A stretch of 64,000 nt of DNA from Vitrella brassicaformis CCMP3155 (taxonomy: Eukaryota; Protista; Chromerida), in the NCBI GenBank assembly GCA_001179505.1, contig CDMY01000421.1, positions 1 through 64,000 on the forward strand, written 5' to 3'. Below, piece by piece: positions 1 to 13,694 of the stretch. Both the position numbers and the translations under genes were made by a program. Under the pieces are notes generated by a model, which saw only the letters and a program-made list of their open reading frames with translations, had not been told where the DNA came from and ran no database searches. Within the stretch, counting starts at the first letter, position 1. Each line of letters starts with the position of its first letter.

Positions 1-171
1 CCTAAACCCTAAACCCTAAACCCTAAACCCTAAACCCTAAACCCTAAACCCTAAACCCTACACCCTAAACCCTAGACCCTAAACCCTAAACCCTAAACCC
101 TAAACCCTAAACCCTAAACCCTAAGCCCTAAACCCTAAACCCTAAACGCTAAACCCTAAGTCCTAAACCCT
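1..171. repeat. Telomeric repeat array (CCCTAAA)n / (TTTAGGG)n
   Basis: About 24 tandem CCCTAAA units starting at base 1, with variant units (CCCTACA, CCCTAGA, CCCTAAG, CGCTAAA, TCCTAAA) mostly towards the proximal end. This is the plant/apicomplexan/chromerid-type heptamer. Confidence 0.98.
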
Positions 172-542
172 GTTATGCCCGCTGTTCATGTCTTTCATGC
201 CGTCTGTTGTCGACGAACCTTCATGTAAAATCACTCATGCTGAGTCACTTTGCGTGGCGTGTGTGGAGATCCACAATGAGTCAAACATTCGGAGACATCC
301 AAGGGCTCTCGCGGAGAGGATGAATCTAAGGACTGATTGAATCAATGAGAACAGACGGTTTTTCGTCGATTTGAGTGACTTTGAGCGACAAAAACAGAGT
401 CAATGGGCATCTGAGAGTCTCCTGTGATTCATTCATAGCGAGAAATCCCTCCAAATTTCGCTGGAAAATAAGTGGGTCAGCTCTGTAGTACGTATAAGCG
501 GGTAAGACGCGTAAGTGGGCCAGCTATGTACTGACCCACTTA
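172..542. other. Short subtelomeric spacer with a clustered TAAGYGGGTCAG-like motif
   Basis: Non-coding, relatively AT-rich and free of microsatellites. Motif copies at 469-480, 495-506, 512-523 and inverted at 531-542. Several TGAGTCA-like words. Confidence 0.6.
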
Positions 543-3035
543 CAGCTGCCTCCCCTGCTGCTGCTGCTGCTGCAGCACAAACCCAGATACCACACCACCA
601 GCACCAGCACCACCATTAGCACCCACTGGCAGCCCTTCCGGAGCTTCATGTGTTTCATCCTGTCTGAAGAGGCTCTCCGGGAAGTCGGCCGCATGTGCGG
701 TGAGGGGCGGCTGCAACGGCAGCTCGAATGTGTGCAGACGAGGGCCTGCACACACAACGGCGGATGCGTGTGAGTTGGTCAAGGCAGATCTCCATCTCTC
801 TCTGTGTGAGTGTGGGGGGGGNNNNNNNNNNNNNNNNNNNNNNNNNNNNNNNNNNNNNNNNNNNNNNNNNNNNNNNNNNNNNNNNNNNNNNNNNNNNNNN
901 NNNNNNNNNNNNNNNNNNNNNNNNNNNNNNNNNNNNNNNNNNNNNNNNNNNNNNNNNNNNNNNNNNNNNNNNNNNNNNNNNNNNNNNNNNNNNNNNNNNN
1001 NNNNNNNNNNNNNNNNNNNNNNNNNNNNNNNNNNNNNNNNNNNNNNNNNNNNNNNNNNNNNNNNNNNNNNNNNNNNNNNNNNNNNNNNNNNNNNNNNNNN
1101 NNNNNNNNNNNNNNNNNNNNNGAGCAGGGCGATTGCCTGATGTGCAGGTGTCCGGTCCTGTGCTGTGGGCCGTGTGGGAGAGGGGCGTGTGCGCACTCAG
1201 CCTGCACACACATCAATCCACCCACCATCCGCCACACACACATGGGCCACCACTGCCGCCTGTGTGTGAGTGTGGCCTACTCTGCTGGCTGCTGTGTGCG
1301 GGTGTGGGGGGCCGTAAGGACGCCGCTCGCAATGGCCGGGCAGTGGAAGAGCTGCACGCACTCACACACACACGCGTGGACAGAGAGACACACAAATGGT
1401 GTATGTGTGTGAGTGTATGTGTGTGGGTGGGTGCCTGGAGTGAGTCGAGGATCCTGTCTTTGACCATCAGCCATTCGGGAATGTCGAAGTGGCGCAGCAT
1501 CTGCACACACACAAACAGACAGACAGACAGACAGACAGCCAGACAGACACTGAGAGAGCTGGAGAGAGTGCATTCCTCTCTCACCTTTGAGAAGCACAGC
1601 ACCACACGAGGGCTGTACTCCGGGAACTTCAGACCTGTTGACCCATCTGTCCATCCAAATCACTATGTGTCTTTCCCCCTTTTACACACCTAGTTTGGTC
1701 ATCGACGCCACACACACCGCCACAAACTTCGGCACAAACACTGCTCGCGAGGGATCTACACCAACCACACACACACGAGTGCCGACAGACAGACAGACAG
1801 GACTCTCTCTATCTCTCCCTGACCGCCATTAGCATCCGCCCAGGATGAGTCGTAGTCGTCGCTGCCCCCTCCCCCGCTCCCACCAGAGGAGTCGGAGCCG
1901 TCATCCTCCCCCGCCCCACGACCGCCACACACGTCCCGCGCTGTCAACCCCTGCACACAACACACAGACAGGACAGGGTCGATGGGACGGGCGGATGTGT
2001 GTTGGGTGAGGGAGGGGCGGACTGGACTAGGAGTGAGGTGCTGGCCTACTTGAGGGTGTTCCTGTTGGTGCTGCTGGTGTGGGTGTGGGACACTACACAG
2101 ACACGCGCGAACACACGAGACTCCCAACACACCAACAACACGTTCGTGTGCGTCGCGCCTGTGTGGGTGTGGGTGTGGGTGTACCTCTCGTCTGCAGCAG
2201 CAGGACCAGGACCAGCACTTTCCCTCGCCCTCACCCTCTCCACTGGCTGTGGCTGCTGCGGGTGGTCTCCCTCATGTGTGTGGCCATGGTGTGTGCCGAT
2301 TCGCATGGCGCGGCCCAGCTGCACACACACACACACATCCACACCCCCACAGCCACACACGTGTGGGGGAGCTGACCGAAGTGGCCGAGTTGTGAAAGGC
2401 CGCCACGCCGCCCCAGAAGCCGCTCAGAGGGGGCGGGGGGGATGCCTGCTGATATTGCTGCTGATATTGCTGCTGAGAGAGTCCTGCACACGACACAAAC
2501 ACGCACACACCGTCTGTGTGCGTCGCGTCTGTGAGGGGAGGGAGGGGGTTTCACTGCACTCACAGGACCTAACTGGCTGACCAGTGGGGAATGGTGCTGT
2601 GTCTGAGGGTCCGGGGAAGGGCTGCTGATACTGCTGCCATTGCTGCCGCTGCTGCTGCTGGGGGTGGTACTGTTGCTCCAGCTGTGGCTTGCAGGCCCCG
2701 ACGGCCATGGCCATCGACTCGTACGCCAGGGCCTCGAGGGCCTCGAAGAACTCACCCACAGCCTGGGCGTCACACAACTGCTCCCTCTGCTGCTGCTGCT
2801 GCTGCTGATGGGGGGGGTTGTCGGGGGGAAGCGGCACCTGATTGTTTGTGTGAGTTGACGTCGATGATGTCCAGGTGGTCTCTCTCTCTCTCTGTCTCTC
2901 TGTCTGTCTGTCTGTGTTTGCGTACGGTGAGAGTGGGCGAGGCGTACTCGCCGATAATCCAACACAGATGCATCACCAGGAGCACGCCCTGCACACACAC
3001 ACACACGCTCTCTCCCTCTCTCTCCCTCTGTCCCC

Positions 3036-3070
<35 letters not shown>

Positions 3071-6000
3071 TGTCCTTGCCTGCGCGTCGAGGTGTATCGG
3101 AATCGCCTTGACGATCGGCGATTTGAGCGAGATGAGGAACGACGGCCACTGCTGGAATATGGCCAGCAGCGTGTCGATCATGCAGCGGTGCGCCGCCTGC
3201 AGGAAGAAATCCACCGGGTATAACGCGGAGAACCGCGACAGCAGCAGAGGCACCAGCCGCTCTGAACACACACACACACAGAGAGAGAGAGAGTGTGTGT
3301 GTGTGTGTGGTGTTCAGAGGATTGCCGTCGGCCGACCAATGCACTGCCGTGGCCCGTCCAGCAGGACCACCTCGAAGTAGACGCGCAAGTACTTGGGCAC
3401 GAGCTTGCAGACGTAAGACACTCGCGGGCTCAATGGCAAGCAACTGCACACACACACACACATATATAGGGGCGAGAGAGAGAGCGGGCATTGTGCTTAC
3501 TTCCAGAGCAAATGGATCATGCTCCTCTGCGCGTCGGTGCCGTCCTCCCACACACAGACGGTCTCCCCCGCTGCAGCTGCTGGTGCAGATGATGAGCACT
3601 GCTCGTTGCGTAAGATGTACCTGCCCTCCACCACCACCACACACACACGCATTGGGGTTTGCCAGATGGTGGGTGTGTTGGCATGGCACCTCTGAACGGC
3701 CCTGAAAGTGGCGCAGCCGCGCTCAGCACCAGCACCAGCACCACCACCAGCAGCAGCAGCCACGCCAGGGCCAGAGGCAGAACCAGAAGTCGACACGTCC
3801 ACCGTGGTGCTAATGCGGTCATGCTGCACCCACACACACACATCTGTCCGTCCACCACCCCTCTGTGTGCGCAGGTGTGCAGGTGTGTCGGTGTGTGAGC
3901 GACCTGCTCCATGAGGGCTGCGGTGAGGGGGAGGTCGAGGAGCGTGTGGAAGAGCTCCACGAAGGTGGTGGGGCCCACCATGGCCGGCAGGATGGGCAGC
4001 ACCTCGGCGGCCACTGTGCGGGGGTGGTAGGCTACCAGCTGCAGCCATACACACACACATATACATGCCAGGGACACCTCTGTGTGTGTGAGTGTGTGTG
4101 ACCTTGAGGATGGCCGGGAAGTATTTCGTGAAGATGGTGGTGTTGAGCAGCAGCTTGGACGTGTTGGTCGTCAGGAACAACAGCGCACTCCTGCACCCCC
4201 GGGGACCCCCCCACACACACACTCTTGGCAATCTGTGTGTGTGTGTGTGAGAGAGAGGGGAGGGGGCACATGGCGAGTAGGTGTCTTCTGTAGTGGACCG
4301 ACACATAGCCCGCAAAGAAGTGATGCAGCACCGGCTCAATGTCGAAGATCACCTGCACACACACACACAGGGAGAGAGAGAGAGAGAGAGGTGTGGGCGG
4401 TGTCTGTGTGGGGGAGTGGAGCCATGTGTGTGTGTGTGTGTGTGTGAGAACGTGTTGGCTGTGGTTGAGGAAGAACTGCAGCACAGCGGTGAACACCAGG
4501 CCACCTTGACGATCGGCAGTGCGCTCATAGACCTAACCCACACCACACACCACACAGAGACACAGAGACAGAGAGACACAGAGAGACACAGAGAGACACA
4601 GAGAGTGACACTCACTCACACACAGACACCGCTGACTGCGGACTGACCTTCTTGACGGCCGGGAATATGCGCGACACGATCTCCGGCTGCATGAGGCACA
4701 GCAGGTCCAGAATACGCACTGACTCCTACACACACACACATCCTCAGCAAGACGATATATGTGTGTCTGTGTGCCACACACCATGGCGCAGCACTCGGCG
4801 AACTCCCTCGTCCATGTGTGGTGGTTGAGCGACACTCGGTGGGGCGAGTGACGCACCAGTGAGGGGGGCGGGCAAGGCTGTTGACCCACACACACACACA
4901 AACACACACAGAGAGAGAGAGAGAGATGGATCGATGGCTGGGTGTGTGCTGTGCTTACGTCCATGGCTGTCTCCCTCTCCACTTGGGATAGCACTCGCAG
5001 GCAATACGACACGATCACCTACACACACACAGAGAGAGAGAGATGGACGACGCACGTACACAAAAAGAGCTGACCTCTCTAAAGCGGTCGTCAAGGCGGA
5101 ACATCCCCCCTCCCTCTCTCGGCCCAGCTGCTGCTGCTGCACCAGCACCAGCACCATCGTCCGTCGACGAGTAGGTGCTGCTCTCCCCACCGTCGCCGTC
5201 AGAGTCGCACAGATCACTGGCACCCTCTCGTGTGTGCGATGGCGTCCGTCGCAGAGAGCTGGGAGTGGCAGTGGGTGTGGGGCTCGACAGACCAGAAGAG
5301 GGGCCCACCTGCCATCCATCTCTCTCTGTCTCTCTATCTCTCTGTGTGGTGTGTGTGTGTGAGAGAGAGAGAGTACGTGTCTAATGGTGGGCGACGAAGT
5401 CCGCGACACGTGTGTGCGGGGTGTGGACTGCGCGTCGACCAGGCCGAAGTGCGCCAGCTTCGATAACACCTCTTCCCGGGTCTGGCGCCTCCTACACACA
5501 CACACACACACAGACAGACACACACACACAGAGAGAGAAAGAGAGCGATGGTGTGGAGTGAGGGACACACAGAGACAGAGATTACACGTTACCGAGAGTC
5601 GAGGAGCTGGTGCTGGTAGAGGTGGAATAGCCACGAGTAGAGGAGGGAGAACACCTGGGTGTTGTTGATCTGGTCGGCGGTGTACTCCTCGGCCACGTTC
5701 AGGCAGGTGAAGAAGTCGCGCGACGGCGTCCTTTGCTCGTTTGGTTTGGTAACGCACACACACACACATGGGCTGTGGTGTGCTGTGTGTGGACAGCTCA
5801 CCCACCCGTCGATCTCCGTGACAGGCGAGACACTCTTGGTGGCCAGCAGGCGCACTCCTGAGAGACAGAGAGGGAGAGGGAGAGGGAGAGGGAGAGGGAT
5901 GTGTTTGTGTGTGTGGTGGTGGGGGCTGACCAAGGATGCTCGTGGCGGACGTCTTGGTGGTCGATGTGCTGGCCTGCACCCACACCACACCACACACACC

Positions 6001-6965
6001 CCTAACTCTAACTCTCTCTCTCTCCCTCTGTGTGTGTGTGTGTGTGTGGCTGACATTGGTGAGCATATCGGCGAAGAGGTCCTCTACCGGCCGTATGTGT
6101 CGGTGGTAACTCAGTTGCAACGGGTGACGCTCACACACCTAAACCTCTCCCACCACCACACACACATCCACCACACACATCCAGCGTCTGCGTGTGTGTA
6201 TCTGGGGTGTGCTGTGCTTACAGCCATGAGCGGCGAGAATGCCGCCCTCTGCAGGCTGTCATTCCTCGCACCCGGACTCGCATAAGCAGCATGGTGGTCG
6301 TCCCCTGCACCTTTCTGCAGCACCCAGCCGACCACACTCTCGATATTCTGAATCAACAGCTGCCACACACACAGAGGACAGAGAGATCGGTGTCTGTGTG
6401 TGTGTGTGTGGACCCTCTCTCCCTCCCCTCTCTCTCTCTCTCCCTCTCTCCCCCCCTCACCGGCGGCTTAGACAGCTCAGCAATGAGTGGCAAGAAGTAG
6501 TGCAGGTTGCTCAGGTCATAACAGGCGAAGTTGCCCCGGAAGTTCTCCTTGAAGAAGGCCGGCACATCACCGGGGTACAGCTCTCGCACCTGCACACACA
6601 CACCAACACACACACACACACATCTTGTGGATGGATGGATGGCTCCACACCAACCAGCGCGCAGCAGAGGACCCGCACTCGTGGCGGAGCGAAGCCGTCC
6701 CCGCCGCCGCCCACCAAGATGGCGTATAGCTCCTGCACACACACACACGCTCTCTCCCTCTCTCTCTGTCTCTCTCTCTGTGTGTGTGTGTGTGTGTGTG
6801 TGTCAAGCTTGACACGCGCCTGAATGAGTCTGTGGACGACGTCCGGCCGTATGTCGGCCGTCTTGATGTGGATGGCCGAGGTGAGGCACCCGAAGGCCCG
6901 GCGCAGCAGCACGTGCCGCTGATGCTCTGCGCCTTTGCTGCCGCCAGACTGCAATAAGCCCCTCA

Positions 6966-7000
<35 letters not shown>

Positions 7001-7219
7001 GGAGAGAGAGAGAGTGTGAAGGCGCATGAGTCTGTTCGTTCCATTGCGTACGTGTGTATGGGATGCCTCCCTGGTCTGACTCCTCAGCTCCTGGTGCAAC
7101 TTCTCCAACACACACACCAATTCTCCATGGCTGATGCGGCTCGAGATCTGCTGCTGCTGATACTGATGCTGATGCGGCGGCTGCTGCTGCTGGGCCTGGA
7201 CGGCAGTGGTGTTGTCCAT
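540..7219 (-). CDS. AP5Z1: AP-5 adaptor complex subunit zeta (SPG48-like), multi-exon, spans one N gap
   Basis: Spliced exon peptides resemble AP5Z1 as recalled: RDFFTCLNVAEEYTADQINNTQVFSLLYSWL (cf. [30 protein letters not shown]), VRILDLLCLMQPEIV, LQFFLNHSQH, YFPAILK, LPAMVGPTTFVELFHTLLDLPLTAALME, HLCWIIGEY, GEFFEALEALAYE. Start ATG 7219 (MDNTTAVQ); stop TAA 540-542. Confidence 0.82.
822..1121. other. Assembly gap (300 N) inside the AP5Z1 locus
   Basis: N run preceded by a G homopolymer. Confidence 0.99.
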
Positions 7220-7404
7220 CCACTCACTCCACCTATCTAATCTAGCTTTCTCTCACATCAGCGGGATGCATTCACACGACCATTTCTGCAGACACACAGA
7301 GAGAACCATGAACCAACAGATCAGATCTGCTGCTGATTCCGCTCGCTGGACTCATGTGATCATGATGTACCTCCCAGATGAAACGCTGCTTCAACCCGCT
7401 GCGC

Positions 7405-7413
7405 TTGCGAGCT
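7405..7413 (+). promoter_or_regulatory. TGCGAGCT candidate promoter motif (AP5Z1/ACC divergent promoter)
   Basis: TTGCGAGCT lies 136 bp upstream of the ACC ATG and 186 bp upstream of the AP5Z1 ATG; the motif recurs in other promoters. Confidence 0.55.
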
Positions 7414-7548
7414 AAGAGTGCGGTTTCTGGTGACGAGGGGATGAGTTCCATGAGTTCCATGAGCAGATGAATGGCCTCGCGGCATGACGGCGGCTAGCTG
7501 AGCAGAGATCTGCGCAGCGAGATATATCAGCCTAGGCAGATCTGAGCG

Positions 7549-8752
7549 ATGGCTGTGCAGACGGCTGTGCTCATCTGCGCGATCTGCTCTGCGCTTGTGA
7601 GCGCCGAGCACCGGCAGACGCCGACTTTTCTGCACCGCTTGCTGAGCCCTAGCGGTGCCGCTCGACTCAGGTGAGTGAAGTGCAGGATTGTGATTGCCAT
7701 GTCTGCGCGTGTTTGTGTGTGCAGGGGCAAGGCTGCAGCATCACCATCGCATCTGCAGGTGCTGCGCGCAGCAAAGGTGAGCAATCCAGGCAGACTTGCG
7801 CTTATACACACGTGCAGATCTCTCTCCCCCCCACCACCTCTCTCTCTGTGTGTATGTGTGATTCTTTCAGCCCATCATTGATCCAAATGGTGGCCGCGGT
7901 GGCCGCACTCGGCTCTCGTCATCTGCCACCGTCATCAATCCCCCAGTGGCCCACACAGCACCGGTCAGTCAGCACACACACACACACACGCAAGCCATTC
8001 GCCACACACAAGGGAACCTGTCTGTGCGTGTCTGTGTGTGTGGTGGTTGGGCGAATCAAGGGCACCAAGTCGTCCCGCGCCAAGCTCGAGGAGTATGTCG
8101 AGCAGCACGGCGGCAACCGTGTCATCAGCAAGATCCTCGTGGCCAACAACGGCATGGCCGCCACCAAGGCCATCAACTCCATGAGACAGGCAGATACACA
8201 CACACACGCGGGATCATCGGCAGGCACTCTACGTGTGCCTCTCGCTCTCTCTCTCTCTCTGTGTGGTTGTGTTGGTGCAGTGGGCCTATATGGAGTTTGG
8301 CGACGAGGGCGTGTTTGAGTTCGTTGTGATGGCCACGCCCGAAGACCTCAAGGCCAACGCTGGTATGTATCTTTGTGTGTGTCTGTCTGTCTGTCTGGCT
8401 GAATGAGTGAATGTGCCACCTGCGCCATCCACTGCACTGCTGCTGCTCTCTCTCTATGTGTGTGTGAGCAGAGTTCATCAAGCTCGCTGACAGGATTGTC
8501 GAAGTGCCGGGTGAGCAACACACACACACGCACACAGAGAGGCCATGGGCATGTGTCTGTCTGTCTGTCTGCTGCAGGTGGTGTGAACCGCAACAACTAC
8601 GCCAACGTCGACCTCATCGTGGACATCGCCACTCGAGAGGAGGTCGACGCCGTCTGGCCGGGCTGGGGACACGCTAGCGAGAACCCAAAGCTCCCCGAAA
8701 AACTCAACGATAACGGTACGCTCCGCCCCCACGCACCAAATGCAACGCGCCC

Positions 8753-8794
<42 letters not shown>

Positions 8795-9850
8795 GGTGTG
8801 TGGGTGTGTGAGTGTGTGTAGGTATTGCGTTCATCGGCCCGAAGGCGCCTGTGATGGCGGCGCTGGGCGACAAGATCGCCGCCAACATTCTCGCGCAGTC
8901 GGCCGGTGCGTCACACAGAGAGAGAGAGGGTGGATCTGTGTGTGTGTCTGTGTGGATCTGTGTGTGTGCTGTAGGTGTGCCATCGATCCCGTGGAGTGGC
9001 GACGGGCTGACGGTGGACCTCTCATCTGGCAGCGGGGACATCCCCAAGGAGACCTTCGACAAAGCGATGGTGACGACGGTCGAGGAGGCGGTCGAGGCGG
9101 CCAGCCGCATCGGGTACCCCGTGATGCTCAAGGCCTCAGAGGGTGGCGGCGGAAAGGTCGGCTCCCCCAACGCACGGACCTTGCGGGCGCCCCTGACCTC
9201 TCTGTCTCTCTGTCTGTCTGTCTGTCTGTGTGTGTTTTGTCTTGTGGCATGGTGTCATGGGTGGCAGGGGATCCGTCTGTCTGACAACGAGGAGGACCTT
9301 CGGAGCAACTTCGTGCAGGTGTCCAACGAGGTGCCTGGGTCTCCGATGTTCATGATGCAGCTCTGCACTAATGCTCGACACATCGAAGTGCAGATCGTAG
9401 GCGGTACGTCTTTCCAAACTGTTGACACACACACACACACACGCACACACACATCTCTCTCTCTGTCTCTCTCTCCCTGTGTGTGCGTGTGTGTGTGTGT
9501 GTGCAGATCAGTACGGCCAGGCTGTCGCGCTGAGCGGCCGAGACTGCAGCACCCAGCGTCGGTTCCAGAAGATCTTTGAGGAGGGGCCGCCCACCTCTAT
9601 CGTGCCGCCTGACACTTTCAGGTGTGGTGCGGCCGCCCTTGTGTGTGCGTGTATGGGTGTGTGCATGTGGTTGTGTGTGTGTCTGTTAACAGGGAGATGG
9701 AGCTTGCGGCGCAGCGTCTGACGTCGTCCATCGGGTACGAGGCGGCCGGGACGGTCGAGTACCTCTACAACGCAGCAGAGGACAAGTTCTACTTCCTGGA
9801 GCTCAACCCACGGCTGCAGGTGAGTCAGTCAGTCGCTCTCATGCCCATCG

Positions 9851-9886
<36 letters not shown>

Positions 9887-12800
9887 CTGTGTGTGTCAGG
9901 TGGAGCACCCAGTGACGGAGGAGATCACGGGCATCAACCTCCCCGCCACCCAGCTGCAGGTCATCATGGGGATCCCCCTGCACAGGGTCCCCGACATCCG
10001 GCGCTTCTGGCAGCGGGCCGACCCACAGGACGGCACCGACACCATCGACTTCGTCAAGGAGCCTTACCGGACGATAGACACACACTGTATCGCCGTAAGT
10101 TGTAGGCACCCATGGAGAGAGGGAGAGAGAGAGAGAGGGAGAGAGATGGCTATGTGTGTGTGGTGTGTGGCTACGTGTGGGTGGCAGGCACGAGTGACGG
10201 CGGAGAACCCCGATGAAGGGTTTAAGCCCACCTCGGGCAGCATCGACAGGCTCGACTTCAGATCCACCAACAACGTTAGTACCCGAACAAACACCTGACA
10301 CACAGACGACACGGAGAGAGAGAAGGGCATAGATCTATGCCATTCCCCCCCCACCCCTCTCTCTCTCCCCCTCTGTGTGTGTGTGTGTGTGTGTTTAGGT
10401 GTGGGGCTATTTCTCAGTCGGTGCGAACGGCGGCATCCACGAGTACGCCGACAGCCAGTTCGGCCACCTCTTCGCCAGAGGCAGCACGCGCGAACAGGTC
10501 AGTGCCCGTGTGTGTGGGTGTGTGTCTGAGTGCATGGCTGTGTAAGCGTCAAATGGATCTGTGTGTGTGTGTGTGTTGATGGCAGGCGCGGAAAGCCCTG
10601 GTGATTGCGCTGAAGCGGCTTGACGTCAGAGGTGCGTCAGAGAGAGAGAGAGGGAGGAAAATGCTCAGACGCACAGCACACACACATGCCTGTGTGTGTG
10701 CCTGTGTGTGTCAGGCGAGATTCGCACTGCCGTGGAGTACCTCTCTCAGCTGCTGGAGACCCGCGAGTTTATGGACAACACCATCGACACCTCATGGCTG
10801 GACGGGCTTATCAAACAAAAGGCCGTGGGAGTTCCGGTACCCACACACACACAGAGGGAGAGGGAGAGAGGGAGAGATGCAGGGCTCGCGCCCATCTGTG
10901 TGGTTGTGTGTGTGTGTGTGTGTGTGCGTGTGTGTGCGTGTGTGTGTGCAGGTCAACACTGATGACGTCGTGGTTGCGGCGATCCTGTTCAGAGCCAAGA
11001 AGCAGATCGAGGCAAAGGAGGCCGAGCTGATCGGCTCGCTTGGCCGCGGCCAACTCTACCTCAAAGAAGTCCAGGTGACCGCACACACACACACACGCAT
11101 CAATGGTACGGTGTGTGTGGACTGATCTGCATGGCATGCTGTCCACAGGACCTGAACACCATCTCTCCCCTAGAGATCACCTTCGGCGACACCAAGTACG
11201 CCGCCGTCGTCAAGCGAACCGCACGGGACCTCTTCAGGATCGAAATCAACGGACAGGTCAGATGTCGATGTCAAAGACTCATACCCACCCTAAGCCACAT
11301 TGACACCCCCGTGTCTGTGTGTGGGGTGTGTGTGTGTGTGTGCAGACAATTGAGGCCCGTGTTCGTGAGCAGACGGACGGCTCTCTGCTGGTGTCTGTCG
11401 GGGGCGCCAACCGGAAGGTACCCCTCCGCTCCTATCACAACCGCACACACACAGAGAGAGTTGGATGGATGGATGGATGGCATTTGTGTGTGTGTGTGTG
11501 TGTGTGAAGGTGTATGGCTTTGAGGAGCCGCTGGGTCTGCGGATGAACCTCGACGGCACCACGGTGCTCCTGCCGACAGTCTACGACCCCAGCGAGTGCA
11601 GGTGCCTGCCACACCACACCCACACCACTCCACAGCACACAAAAGCTTCTTCTTTTCTCTGTTGTGTGTGTGATAGGTCTGATGTGAACGGCAAAGTGGT
11701 CCGCTACCTGCAGGAGGACGGCGCAGAGGTCAAGGCGGGAGAGCCCTACATCGAAGTCGAAGCCATGAAGATGATCATGGCGCTCAAGGTATACACACAG
11801 ACAAACCACACCAGAGACACACACTCTTTCTCTCTCTCTGTGTGTGTGTGTGTGTGTGTGTTTAGGCTGGTGAGGACGGCAAGATTCGGCACGAGAAATC
11901 AGCGGGCAGCATCATCTCGGCCGGCGACCTTCTCGGCACCGTCGAGCTCAAGGACCCCAGCAAGGCACGCAAGACTCCCTCCCACACACACAGAGAGAGA
12001 GAGAAAGAGAAAGAGTGTGTGTCTGTATGTGTGTGTGCAGGTGAAGAAGATCACGCCCTTTGAGGGCACCCTCAACATCACAGACGTCCCAATCGCCCTG
12101 GGCGAAGACGTACGCTCGGCGACACACAACGCCGTTTGCGAGTGTGTGTGGCCATCCCCTCTCTCTTTCTCTCTCTGTGTGTGTGTGTGTGTGAGCAGAA
12201 CGCCGCGCAGCGTCTCGAGCTGGTTATGAAGGGCTTCGAGCACGACATCGACACGCTGGTGCCGAAGCTCATCACCGGTGCTCCGCCCCTCCCTCTGCCT
12301 CTTCCAAAGACACACACCTCAATGTGTGTGTGTCTCGTTTTGTTTAGAGAGTGGCGGTGACGCCAAGAAGGCCTCCGACACCGTCAGCAACCTGCTGCAG
12401 CAGTTCCTCAGTGTCGAGGAACAGTTCGCTGGTCCCACCACACACGGAGACACAGACACACACATGGGGTGCATTGCATTGCTCTCTCTGTGTCGGTTCA
12501 GGCCGTTCAGCGGATGAGACTGTGGGCGAGCTGATCAAGCAGCACAAGGACGACCTGCAGCAGGCGCTCGACGTCAAGGCCGCCCACAGGCAGCTGCCAA
12601 GGAGGAACAAACTCGTGTTGGCGCTGCTCAGACTGCTGCAGGTACGTCTTACCATGACGCAGAGAGAGAGGGAGAGGGAGAGAGGTGTGTGTGGTTCATT
12701 CAGACCTTCCCGAACCGCTTCGGCGGGTGGACGATGCCTTCTGAGGTGGAGGGGTGTCTGCAGCGGCTCAGCCAGCTCGAGGGGAGGGACTACGGCCCCA

Positions 12801-13659
12801 TCGCCATCGAGGCCGACAGGCTCTACAGGTGCCTGGGGGGTGGGCGAGAGTGAGAGTGGGTCGGTAGTGTCTGTGTGTGTGATGTGTTCGTGTGTGGTGG
12901 GTTTGGTTTGGTTTAATTTAGGGACTGCCGCATCTTGCCGTTTGAGGAGCGGCTGCGAGAGCTCCGCGATCAGCTCAAGCGAACCACGTGAGCCCCCCCC
13001 CCCCTACAGAGAGAGAGACCCCCTCGTTGCCGCCGGCCTCACCACAGCTGTCTGTCTCTCTCTCTCTCTCTCTGTGTCTGTGTGTGTGTGTGTGTGTGTT
13101 TGTGTGTGCAGTGGTCCGGAGGACCTGCAGAAGCTGGCCGAGGACCCGGCCCTGTCTGCGGGTGTGGACCTGCTGTCAGAGCTGTTTTCCGACAGCGAGG
13201 AGGGCGTCAAGTTCAAGGCAATGGAGGTCTACATCAGAAGGGTCTACCGGGCACATAACATTATCAGCATCCATGTGAGCCACTTTGTGTGTGTGAGAGA
13301 GAGAGAGGGATGCACAGACACACACACAGATGAACGCCCACCTCCCTCTCTCTCTCCCTCCCTCCCCCTCTGTGGCACACGCAGGCCGAGGACCGCGACG
13401 GCCTGACGATCCTCAACTGGCGGTTCCGCCAGCGGGACCTCCCCGCCGACCAGACACCCGTGCGACACGGCTACATGGTGGTCCTCAAAGGCACACAAGA
13501 CTTCAAGGCAAGCGCAACACCCACACCCACACTGACACAGAGAGAGAGGGGCGGAGGGAGTAGTGAGGGTGTGTGTGTGCAGGATAAGATGCCGCGGATG
13601 CTCGAGATCTTCAGAGAGGAGGTGGCGGACCAGCCCGCTGCCAACGCACCAGGCACACG

Positions 13660-13694
<35 letters not shown>

